A DNA stretch of 24,000 bases, from positions 1 through 24,000 of the forward strand of contig CAZBPZ010000002.1 in NCBI GenBank assembly GCA_964493955.1, written 5' to 3'. A model generated the notes under the pieces. The model searched no databases, was not told the DNA's origin, and was given only the letters and a program-made list of their open reading frames with translations. The translations under genes were made by a program, and so were the position numbers. Of the stretch, positions 15,287-23,109 are shown one piece after another. Position 1 is the stretch's first letter. Each line of letters begins with the position of its first letter. The DNA comes from an uncultured Dehalococcoidales bacterium. Its GTDB lineage: Bacteria > Chloroflexota > Dehalococcoidia > Dehalococcoidales > Fen-1064.

Positions 15287-15295
15287 ATTATAGCA
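15287..15295 (-). promoter_or_regulatory. extended -10 promoter placing the pcrA start codon at or next to the TSS
   Basis: Minus strand TGcTATAAT (15295-15287). Only 8 nt (caaccctg) separate the hexamer from ATG 15278, and there is no SD. This implies a 0-2 nt leader. Confidence 0.45.
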
Positions 15296-15456
15296 GCTTT
15301 TGCCGATGGGGACAGCCGGGGCCCCCACCCGGCCCGGCAACACCCCGCTGCCCCGGGCAGGCCGGTCCGGGCGGGCAGACTTTCCCGTGGCTTGCGACCG
15401 GGGAGGCAGAAGGAGCGGGGCCGGGAATCTGGGTACCGGGGGAGGCTGGTACCGTC

Positions 15457-15485
15457 TTGACAGCCGGCGCAGGCGGTACTAATAT
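15457..15485 (+). promoter_or_regulatory. sigma70-like promoter of plsY
   Basis: TTGACA (15457-15462), 17-nt spacer, TAATAT (15480-15485). Predicted TSS ~15492, giving a ~78-nt leader. Confidence 0.5.
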
Positions 15486-15569
15486 GCCGGTGCTGGAGAG
15501 CGCAGGCCCGCTGCCGCCTGCCGGTCTCTGGTGGGTGCGGGTGGCCTGCAGCCGGGAGGTGTTGCGGAA

Positions 15570-16241
15570 GTGATAGTCAGCCCGGTGGTTACTGGCATCA
15601 TCTGCATTGTAATCGCCTACCTGGTGGGCTCGTTCCCCTCGGCTTACCTGGTGGTGCGGCTGCTGACGGGGCAGGACATCCGCCGGCTGGGAAGCGGTAA
15701 CGTGGGGGCCAACAACACATACGGTCAGGCGGGCCTGGCCGCAGCCACCATTGTTGCTCTGCTGGACGTGGGCAAGGGGGCCGGTGCGGTTGGCATTGCT
15801 GCCTGGCTGCTGGGTGTGCCCGTCGGCGAGCCAGACGTCTATCTTCTCCTGGCGGCGCTGGCCGCCATCTCGGGCCACATGTGGTCAGCCTACATCGGGC
15901 TCAAGGGCGGTAACGGGCTGGGGCCTACCATCGGCTGCCTGGCGGTGCTGCTGCCGTGGGAGCTCCTGATTGTCATCGGCCTGCTGCTGTTGTTCACGCT
16001 GCTGACCCACAACCTGGTGTTCTCGGTGAACCTGGCACTCTTCTCGGTACCGGTGACTTCCTGGTTGCTGGAGGGGAACCTGCTTTACGTGGGTTTCAGC
16101 CTCATCCTGATGGCGTTGCTCATCGTAAACTTCCTGCCGACGGCGCGGCTGGCACTGGCCCGGGCCGGTAGCAAGCGCCAGCTTCTCAACGAGTTGCTGC
16201 GGCGCGACCGGCGGGGCCCGCGCCCCACCGGCACCGCCTGA
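15570..16241 (+). CDS. plsY: glycerol-3-phosphate acyltransferase PlsY
   Basis: AYLVGSFPSAYL, DIRRLGSGNVGANN and LDVGKGAGAV are PlsY signatures, and the protein is a multi-pass membrane protein. The start is moved from the ORF-track 15531 to GTG 15570, which is preceded by GGGAGGTG (15555-15562). Confidence 0.88.
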   Translation: MIVSPVVTGIICIVIAYLVGSFPSAYLVVRLLTGQDIRRLGSGNVGANNTYGQAGLAAATIVALLDVGKGAGAVGIAAWLLGVPVGEPDVYLLLAALAAISGHMWSAYIGLKGGNGLGPTIGCLAVLLPWELLIVIGLLLLFTLLTHNLVFSVNLALFSVPVTSWLLEGNLLYVGFSLILMALLIVNFLPTARLALARAGSKRQLLNELLRRDRRGPRPTGTA

Positions 16242-16258
16242 GAGACCGCCCGCCGGGG

Positions 16259-17042
16259 CTAGAGACCGGGAAGCAGGTCGGTGGCGCGGTTGTCCACGAT
16301 GCTGGTGAAGTGGCGCCTGGCAAGGACTGCGCCCAGCTCTTTACCCCGCTCGTCGCTGGTGTCCAGGCTGGCGAAGGCCAGCGGCGGGATGTAGGCGTAC
16401 AGCAGCGTACCCACCAGGTAGTCCTGCCAGCATTCCTCAAAGCTGTAGCCGGTGACACCTTTTTCCAGAAGCCTCCGGTGGTAGAGCCGGACAAGTCCTC
16501 CTTCCAGCTCACGCCGCATCTTGACCGGCAGGCTCCCGCCGAACATGTAGGCCAGGTCAATCGGGCCGCGGTACACCACGGCTGACCCCCAGTCGAAGAC
16601 GATGAACGGCTGCTCGGGGTTGGCCGGGTCAGGCCCTGACCTGGTTGCCCGGGCGGCAGTGGGCGCAGTCCTCCATAATCAGGATGTAGCGCTCCATCTC
16701 CGGCTCGGAAGCGGGATACAGGGCGCGGGGCACCCGTATCGGGCTGCCGGGGGCAACCGGCGAGTAGAAACGGATTTCACGGTCGTAGAGCCGGAAGAGG
16801 CGGGCCACCTCCAGGGCCGGCCCGTACGAGACCGGCATCTTGGCCACCATGGTGGCCGGTGGGGTGGGGCCGGGGTGGTCGTAGGTCGGGACTAGGCGCA
16901 CCATGTCGCTGACAAAGCCCTCGCCGACACCCATCGGGGTCAGGGTAACGGACGTGACTCTGGCTTTGCCGGTGGCCCCCGAGGCGTTGAGTGCCTCGGT
17001 GAGCCAGTCGGCCGTGATGTCCTGCCATTTTGCCGGTACCAT
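16259..17042 (-). pseudogene. decayed phosphotransferase (APH/choline-kinase-like fold) with an internal deletion and a frameshift
   Basis: The N-terminal piece (ORF 16629..17099, real start ATG 17042 preceded by GGGGAGGAG) runs WLTEAL...ATMVAKMP...LYDREIRFY...YILIMEDCAHCRPGNQVRA-stop. The +1 frame continues PDPANPEQPFIVFDWGSAVVYRGPIDLAYMF...LYHRRLLEKGVTGYSFEECWQDY (ORF 16259..16579). The ~100 residues that normally separate the hinge (hhMEDh) from the catalytic loop (HGDxxxxN) are absent. The loop remnant reads HCRPGN, with no catalytic Asp. The total is ~260 aa against ~340-360 expected. Confidence 0.6.
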
Positions 17043-17152
17043 GGGCTCCTCCCCGGATGGCGTGTGCTGGAGTATAGGCACCGTCGGGCGGGGTGCCAAG
17101 CGGCCTGGCTGGCGGCAGGGTGTGGTGGGGAGGCTGCGGGCCGGTGCCGGGC

Positions 17153-18454
17153 TTACTGGCTGGCCACGGCGATGGCGGGGCAGAGGATTGACGGGGTCTG
17201 GACGATACCTGCCACCCAGCGGGTGTCGTTGCCGATGGCCGCAATCTCCCCGAGCGCCTGGTAGATGTTGCCGGAGACCATTGTATTCTTGACACGCCCC
17301 ACCAGGCGGCCCTGCTCCACCTTGAACCCCAGCAGGACATTGCCGCTGAAATCACCCCCCAGGGTGTTGCCCTGGCCGGCCCCCATGAGCTGGTCCACTA
17401 CCAGCCCTTCGTCAATACCGGCCACCATCTCTTCGAAGCTGGTATCGCCGGGGCTGATGATAACGCTGCTCGGTCCCGGCTGGGGCTGACCGCCCTGGGT
17501 GCGGTGCCCGTTGCCGGTGCTGCTGGTACCGGCCTGGCCGGCTGTCTGGAGGTCGTACAGAAAGCCGGTGACCTTCCCCGCGGTAACGAGGGCGGTGCGC
17601 TGACCGGGTACGGCTTCATCGTCGCAGGGGGCACTGCCGGGCCGGAAGTCCAGGGTGGCATCATCAACTACCGAGAGCCGCCGGTCGAATACCACCTCAC
17701 CCAGCCGGTTGCCCACCGGTGAGGCACCTTCGAGGACGGCCTTACCGTTGAAGGCGGCCAGCAGCGGCCGGGCGAAGGTGCTGGCCACGCCGCGCGGTGT
17801 GAAGACAACGGGCATGGAGCGGGTCGGCACCTCCGCGTTCTGCCGTGCCAGCTCAAGCTGGCGGCGCACGCTGGCGATAATGTCACTACCGTCGAGCTGG
17901 GGGCGGCAGGAGCTGGCGTGGTCGCCCACGAACAGCATATCGGTGCCGCGCACGAGCTGGCCCTCCAGGAAAAGGCTGAAGATGCTCTGCCGGAAGCTGG
18001 AGTACCCGCCCCGTGAGTTGGCGATGCTGACGTGGCAGACGGCCCGTGACACGCTGGCGTCGCAGAGCAGCTCCGGGGTGTGCCGCTTCAGGGCGTCAAT
18101 CATGCCCTGCCCCAGGGCCACCATCTGCTCCAGGGTAACATCCTCAATGGCGGGGTCATACACGTTTACTGCGGGGTAGTCGCTTGTGGCCGGGAAGGTG
18201 AAGCGGGCGGTCGTGCCGAATTCGGCGGTGGCCACGGCATCGTCAACCAGCCGGCCGATGTCATCGGTGCGGGTGGTGGTAGCGTAGCCGAGGCGGCCGT
18301 TCTTGATGATGCGGAGGGCCACCGTCTTGCTCTGGCGGCTCTGGAGGTGCTTGAGGCGGTCGGCCTCAAACTCCACCGGCGTCTCTTCCAGGGTGCTGAT
18401 GAAGACCTCGGCCTCCTCGGCTACACGGCGGGCCCTCTCCAGGATTTCGTCCAC
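17153..18454 (-). CDS. pmbA: PmbA/TldE-family metalloprotease subunit
   Basis: 433 aa. TldD/PmbA fold (RIIKNGRLGYATTT, C-terminal glycine-rich GGDFSG..) without the HExxxH motif. The GTG start directly abuts the tldD stop (TAG-GTG at 18457-18452). Confidence 0.85.
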   Translation of the reverse strand: MDEILERARRVAEEAEVFISTLEETPVEFEADRLKHLQSRQSKTVALRIIKNGRLGYATTTRTDDIGRLVDDAVATAEFGTTARFTFPATSDYPAVNVYDPAIEDVTLEQMVALGQGMIDALKRHTPELLCDASVSRAVCHVSIANSRGGYSSFRQSIFSLFLEGQLVRGTDMLFVGDHASSCRPQLDGSDIIASVRRQLELARQNAEVPTRSMPVVFTPRGVASTFARPLLAAFNGKAVLEGASPVGNRLGEVVFDRRLSVVDDATLDFRPGSAPCDDEAVPGQRTALVTAGKVTGFLYDLQTAGQAGTSSTGNGHRTQGGQPQPGPSSVIISPGDTSFEEMVAGIDEGLVVDQLMGAGQGNTLGGDFSGNVLLGFKVEQGRLVGRVKNTMVSGNIYQALGEIAAIGNDTRWVAGIVQTPSILCPAIAVASQ

Positions 18455-19831
18455 CTAGCCGCCTCCCACCAGGCAGCGCCGGATACGGATGTGCGGGCTG
18501 CCGTTGCTCACCGGCAGGGGTGACTGGCCGCCCTTGCCGCAGCCGCCACCCTGGTTCATCTTGAGGTCGTTGCCGATGGCGTCGATGTTCTTGAGGGTCT
18601 CAAAGACATTGCCGCTGAGGACCACCGGCCTGATGGCCTCGGCTATGCGGCCGTGGCGTATCATGAAGGCCTCACCGGCGGAGAAGGTGAACATCTCCAT
18701 GCTGGTGGTGCCGCCGTACCAGTTGCAGGCGTAGACCCCCTCGTCAACGCCGGCCAGCAGGTCATCGAAGGTGGCCTCACCGGGCTCGATGAAGGTGTTG
18801 GTCATGCGCACGATGGGCGGGTGGCGGTAGCTGAGGGCGCGGGCGTTGCCGGTGGGGGTCTCGTTCATGCGGGCGGCGGTCTCGCGCGAGTGCAGGCGGC
18901 CGACAAGCTTCCCCTCGCGGATGAGGTAGGTGTGTGCCGCCGGGACGCCTTCGTCATCGTACCGGAAGCTACCGCGCAGCCCGGGGACCTGGGCCGAGTC
19001 AACAATGTTCAGGTGGGGCGGGCCGAACACCGTGCCGAGCTGCATTATCTGGCGCAGGCGGTCGTTCTGGTAAACAAAGTCAGCCTCGGAGAGATGGCCG
19101 AAGGCCTCGTGCACGAAGACGCCGGCCAGGACGGGGTCCAGCACCACGGTGTATTCACCGCCTTTGACCCTGGGGGCCGAGAGCAGGCGGACGGCCCGGC
19201 GGGCCAGGCCCTCGGCCTCGGCATGGAGGTTGCGCACGGGGCCGAAGTCGTCCCGCCCGCCAACACTGATACCGACCTGCTGCACGTCTCCATCCCTGGC
19301 GGCTATTGCCGCCAGCCTCAGGGTGACGTCCCGCCGTTCCTGCTCGATGCGGCTGCCCAGGGAGCTGAGGAAGATGCTGCGACGGCGGCTGTCACCGTAG
19401 GCCACGATAGAGGTCTGCACTCCCTCGGTGCCGGTGATGATGGCGTTGTACTCGTCGAGCAGCGCCTTCTTGGTGGCCAGCGGTATCGCCACCGGGTCCT
19501 CGCCAATGGCGGGGCCTACCGTCTCGATAGCTGGTTCCACCGGGGCCAGCCGGCTTTCCTCACGGCCGGCAAAGCCTGCCTGCCGCACTGCCAGGGCCAC
19601 CTTCTCCGGCAGGTCTTTCAGGTCGTTGAAGCTGACGAACCCCCAGCCGCCCCGGACGAGGGCGCGCACACAACCGCCGGTAACGCTGGTGCGGCCCAGT
19701 GACTCAAGCTGGCGGCCGCGGTAGCTGATGTGGGTGGCCTCGCCCTGGCTGAGGCGCGCCTCAACGTAGTCGGCTGGCTGCTGGCGTAAGAGGCGGCCGA
19801 GCTGTTCGGCGGCTTCTTCCAGTGTAAGCAT
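18455..19831 (-). CDS. tldD: TldD metalloprotease subunit
   Basis: Homology begins at MLTLEEAAEQL, which is ATG 19831 (codon 43 of ORF 18455..19957). It carries the metal-binding HEAFGH (HExxxH), plus GGWGFVSFND and GNARA. The upstream 42 codons of the track ORF overlap the alaS promoter and start and have no family similarity. Confidence 0.88.
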   Translation of the reverse strand: MLTLEEAAEQLGRLLRQQPADYVEARLSQGEATHISYRGRQLESLGRTSVTGGCVRALVRGGWGFVSFNDLKDLPEKVALAVRQAGFAGREESRLAPVEPAIETVGPAIGEDPVAIPLATKKALLDEYNAIITGTEGVQTSIVAYGDSRRRSIFLSSLGSRIEQERRDVTLRLAAIAARDGDVQQVGISVGGRDDFGPVRNLHAEAEGLARRAVRLLSAPRVKGGEYTVVLDPVLAGVFVHEAFGHLSEADFVYQNDRLRQIMQLGTVFGPPHLNIVDSAQVPGLRGSFRYDDEGVPAAHTYLIREGKLVGRLHSRETAARMNETPTGNARALSYRHPPIVRMTNTFIEPGEATFDDLLAGVDEGVYACNWYGGTTSMEMFTFSAGEAFMIRHGRIAEAIRPVVLSGNVFETLKNIDAIGNDLKMNQGGGCGKGGQSPLPVSNGSPHIRIRRCLVGGG

Positions 19832-19837
19832 AGCCGG

Positions 19838-19866
19838 ATTGTAGGCAACAGCGCCGTGGCTGTCAA
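19838..19866 (-). promoter_or_regulatory. consensus promoter of tldD-pmbA (implies a leaderless mRNA)
   Basis: Minus strand TTGACA (19866-19861), 17-nt spacer, TACAAT (19843-19838). Exactly 6 nt (ccggct) precede ATG 19831, so the predicted +1 is the A of the start codon. No SD is present. Confidence 0.55.
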
Positions 19867-19894
19867 ACCACCGGCGGGGGCGGCCGTGACCTCG

Positions 19895-19923
19895 TTGACA
19901 CCCGGCCAAGCGTGAACTACAAT
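19895..19923 (+). promoter_or_regulatory. consensus promoter of alaS-ruvX
   Basis: TTGACA (19895-19900), 17-nt spacer, TACAAT (19918-19923). Predicted TSS ~19930. It stands back to back with the tldD promoter. Confidence 0.55.
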
Positions 19924-19956
19924 CAAAACAGCCCTGACTTTCACCTGGAGCATGCA

Positions 19957-22575
19957 TTGAAGAGCGGTGACATCCGGCGTGCCTTCCTGAGATTCTTTGA
20001 AGAGCGCGGCCACCTGGTAGTGCCGAGCTCTTCGCTTATTCCCCACGGTGACCCTACCCTGCTCCTGACCAGTGCCGGGATGGTGCAGATGAAGCCATAC
20101 TTTACCGGCCAGCAGACGCCGCCGTCCCGCCGCCTGGCATCCTGCCAGAAGTGTTTCCGCACCACGGACATTGACTCCGTGGGTGATGCCACCCACCTCA
20201 CCTTCTTTGAGATGCTGGGGAACTTCAGCGTGGGTGACTACTTCAAGCGGGAGGCGATTGAGTGGGCCTGGGACTTCGTTATCAATCACCTGCGTGTCCC
20301 GCTGGAGCGCCTCTGGTTTACCGTTTACCGGGAGGACGCCGAGTCCTACGAGCACTGGCGCCGGGTGGGTGCCCCGGCCGACCGTATCGTCCGCCTGGGC
20401 GAGGAGGACAACTTCTGGGGGCCGGCCGGTAGCTCCGGCCCCTGCGGGCCTGATAGCGAGATACACTACGACTTCGGCCCGCAGGCCGGGTGCGGGCGGC
20501 CTGATTGCCGGCCGGGTTGTGACTGCGGCCGGTTCTCCGAGATATGGAACCTGGTCTTCACCCAGTTTGACCAGGACGAGGCGGGCAACCGCACGCCGCT
20601 GCCGGCCCCGAACATTGATACCGGCATGGGGCTGGAGCGCATGGCGGCCGTCCTGCAGGGGAAGGGCTCCGTCTACGAGACCGACGTTTTTGCTCCCCTG
20701 ATGGAGCACGTGGCGGCAGTGAGCGGACACACCTACGGCCACGACCCGGAGACCGACCGGGCGATGCGGGTGGTGGCCGAGCACGGCCGTGCCGTTACCT
20801 TCCTGATTACCGATGGTGTCATGCCGGGTAACGAGGGCCGCGGCTACGTGCTGCGCCGCTTGCTGCGGCGGGCGGCCCTCTTCGGGCGGCGGCTGGGGCT
20901 GGACCGGCCATTCCTGGCCGGCATCGTACCGGTGGTGGTGGAGCAGATGGGGAATGTTTACCCCGAGCTTAAGGCCCGGGCTGGCTTCGTGGCCCGCGTG
21001 GTCGAGCTGGAGGAGGCCCGCTTCGGTGACACGCTGCGCTCCGGCCTGGAGGTGCTGGAGGACATCCTGGAGCAGCAGGCCGATGGCAACGAGATATCCG
21101 GCCAGGACGCCTTCCGGCTTTATGATACCTACGGCCTGCCGGTGGAGCTGACGCGCGAGGTGGCGGCCGAGCGCGGCTTCTCGGTGGACATGGCCGGCTT
21201 TGAGCGTGAGATGGAGGCCCAGCGCCGGCGGGCCAAGCAGGCCCGCCGCTTCGGTGCGGGCGTGGCCGCCGATGCGGCCAGGCTGGCCAGCCTGCCGGCG
21301 ACCCGTTTCACCGGCTACGAGGAGACCGGGGGTACGTCCCGGGTCATCGGGCTGCTGGTTGACGGGGACAGCGTGGCATCGCTTGAGGCCGGGCAGGAAG
21401 GCAGCGTGGTGCTGGCGGAGACCCCCTTCTACGGTGAGATGGGCGGCCAGGTGGGTGATACCGGCGAGATTGCAGGCCCGGGCGGGCGCTTCATGGTAAC
21501 CGATGCCGTCCGCCCCACCCCGGATATCATTGCCCACCGCGGCTACGTGAGTGAGGGGGTTATCTCGGTGGGGGACGAGGTTGAGGCGCTGGTGGATGCC
21601 GGGCGCCGCCAGGATATCGCTCGTAACCACACTGCCACCCACCTCCTGCAGGCCGCCCTGCGCCGGGTGCTGGGGCCGGAGGTGGAGCAGCGCGGCTCCC
21701 TGGTGGCCCCGGACCGCCTGCGGTTTGATTTCTCGTACCTGACGGCCCTGCTCCCGGAAGAGCTTGCCCGGGTGCAGGCCATCGTCAACGAGAACATCCG
21801 CCGCAATCTGCCGGTGACAGCCAGCGAGATGGAGTACCAGCAGGCCATCAGGCAGGGGGCAATTGCCCTCTTCGGCGAAAAGTACGGGGAGAGGGTGCGT
21901 GTCGTCTGCAGCGGTGAGCCACCGGTCAGTGCCGAGCTCTGCGGCGGCACCCACGTGACGGCCACCGGGGAGATTGGCCTGTTCCTGATTACGTCTGAAA
22001 GCAGTATTGGTTCCGGCATGCGGCGCATTGAGGCGGTAACGGGACGGGCGGCGGAGCGCCTGGTGGAGAAGCGCTTCGGCCAGCTGGAACGGATTGCCCG
22101 GCTGGTTGACGCCACGGCCGAGAGGGCCGAAGGCCGGGTGGCCGAGCTGGTGGCCGAGCTCCAGGCCGAGCGGAAGCGCTCGCTGGCACTGGAGCGTGAG
22201 CTGGGCCGCCGCGTGGCCGAGGGGCTGGTGGCCACGGCGGCCGAGGCGGGCGGCGTACGGGTGGTGGCGGCCGAGGTGCGCCCCTTCCCGGACGAGGTAC
22301 TGCGCGAGATGGCCGATTACCTGCGTGACCGCTTGAAGAGCGCCGTGGTGGTGCTGGGGACGGTGCGGGACGGCCGCCCGGCGTTCCTGGCGGCGGTGAC
22401 GCCTGACCTGGTGGAGAAGGGTTACCATGCTGGCAGGATAATCAAGAAAGTGGCCGAGGTTACCGGTGGCGGCGGCGGGGGGCGGCCCGGCCTGGCCCAG
22501 GCCGGAGGCCGTGAGGCCGGTAAACTGCACCAGGCCCTGCGGCGGGTGCCCCGTATTCTGGAAGAGCACCGGTAA
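19957..22575 (+). CDS. alaS: alanine--tRNA ligase
   Basis: GDIRRAFLRFFEERGH, the FTQFD region, the HxxxH editing motifs (TATHLLQAAL) and a C-terminal GGGGGRP DHHA1 tail. I prefer TTG 19957 (GGAG at 19947-19950, 6-nt spacer, giving MKSGDIR...), because the track start GTG 19912 lies inside the promoter spacer and lacks an SD. The alternative start is 19912. Confidence 0.9.
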   Translation: MKSGDIRRAFLRFFEERGHLVVPSSSLIPHGDPTLLLTSAGMVQMKPYFTGQQTPPSRRLASCQKCFRTTDIDSVGDATHLTFFEMLGNFSVGDYFKREAIEWAWDFVINHLRVPLERLWFTVYREDAESYEHWRRVGAPADRIVRLGEEDNFWGPAGSSGPCGPDSEIHYDFGPQAGCGRPDCRPGCDCGRFSEIWNLVFTQFDQDEAGNRTPLPAPNIDTGMGLERMAAVLQGKGSVYETDVFAPLMEHVAAVSGHTYGHDPETDRAMRVVAEHGRAVTFLITDGVMPGNEGRGYVLRRLLRRAALFGRRLGLDRPFLAGIVPVVVEQMGNVYPELKARAGFVARVVELEEARFGDTLRSGLEVLEDILEQQADGNEISGQDAFRLYDTYGLPVELTREVAAERGFSVDMAGFEREMEAQRRRAKQARRFGAGVAADAARLASLPATRFTGYEETGGTSRVIGLLVDGDSVASLEAGQEGSVVLAETPFYGEMGGQVGDTGEIAGPGGRFMVTDAVRPTPDIIAHRGYVSEGVISVGDEVEALVDAGRRQDIARNHTATHLLQAALRRVLGPEVEQRGSLVAPDRLRFDFSYLTALLPEELARVQAIVNENIRRNLPVTASEMEYQQAIRQGAIALFGEKYGERVRVVCSGEPPVSAELCGGTHVTATGEIGLFLITSESSIGSGMRRIEAVTGRAAERLVEKRFGQLERIARLVDATAERAEGRVAELVAELQAERKRSLALERELGRRVAEGLVATAAEAGGVRVVAAEVRPFPDEVLREMADYLRDRLKSAVVVLGTVRDGRPAFLAAVTPDLVEKGYHAGRIIKKVAEVTGGGGGGRPGLAQAGGREAGKLHQALRRVPRILEEHR

Positions 22576-22605
22576 GGTACGGCCGGGTGGCTTCCGGCAA
22601 CTAGT

Positions 22606-23019
22606 ATGCGTATCATGGCGCTGGACGTAGGGGAACGGCGGATAGGGGTGGCCCTCAGTGACCCGGGCGGTATCCTGGCCAGCCCGCACAGCATTATCGA
22701 GGTGCCGGACCCCGATAGCGCCGTGCGTGCTATTCTGGAAATTGCCGGGAAGGAAGGCGTGGGGCGTATTATCGTGGGACTGCCACGGTTGATGACGGGG
22801 CGTCTCGGTCGGCAGGCGGCCAGGGTAAGGGCGTTTGTGGAGCGCCTCGGGCAGCAGACTGACCTGCCGCTGGAGTACCGGGACGAGCGCCTCAGCACCG
22901 TTTCGGCCCGCCGCATGATGGCAGAGGGCCGCAGGCGCCGCCAGCGAAAGACCCGCTACGATGCGGCGGCGGCGGCGGTCATACTGCAGGCGTACCTGGA
23001 GGAGGGGCGTAACCGGTAG
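22606..23019 (+). CDS. ruvX: Holliday-junction-resolvase-like / pre-16S rRNA nuclease YqgF
   Basis: 137 aa. MRIMALDVGERRIGVALSD is the RuvX N-terminus. The position downstream of alaS is a conserved gene order. Confidence 0.88.
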   Translation: MRIMALDVGERRIGVALSDPGGILASPHSIIEVPDPDSAVRAILEIAGKEGVGRIIVGLPRLMTGRLGRQAARVRAFVERLGQQTDLPLEYRDERLSTVSARRMMAEGRRRRQRKTRYDAAAAAVILQAYLEEGRNR

Positions 23020-23109
23020 CCCCTCCGGCGGACTCATCAGGCCAGTACCGGGCGTACTGGCGCGGTGGCTACTGAACATAACATTGCGAGCCAGAGGACA
23101 CAGGTTGCG

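Noticed and set aside
15348-15360. A 13-bp perfect palindrome, CTGCCCCGGGCAG, in the pcrA/plsY divergent region
   Set aside because: It is short, pure GC, and not positioned over either promoter. Palindromes like this are expected by chance in 65% GC DNA.
19912-19956. GTG 19912 as the alaS start (ORF-track coordinates)
   Set aside because: It has no SD and lies within the 17-nt spacer of a consensus promoter. The extra 15 residues (MNYNQNSPDFHLEHA) do not match the AlaS family N-terminus. It is retained only as an alternative.
23041-23061. An 8-bp GC hairpin (GCCAGTAC cgggc GTACTGGC) after ruvX, considered as a terminator
   Set aside because: It has no U-tract, and short GC hairpins are common at this GC content. 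It might still be a U-tract-independent terminator or a processing site, but the sequence alone does not support a call.
23026-23109. A possible regulatory RNA upstream of the ClC gene: the minus-strand CTGATGAG (23041-23034) resembles a hammerhead core, and fluoride riboswitches often precede ClC-type genes
   Set aside because: No CGAAAC/GUC hammerhead partner elements follow the CTGATGAG. No GGCGAUG...CUGAUG fluoride-riboswitch signature is present on the + strand. The channel also carries canonical GREGP-type motifs rather than fluoride-clade features.
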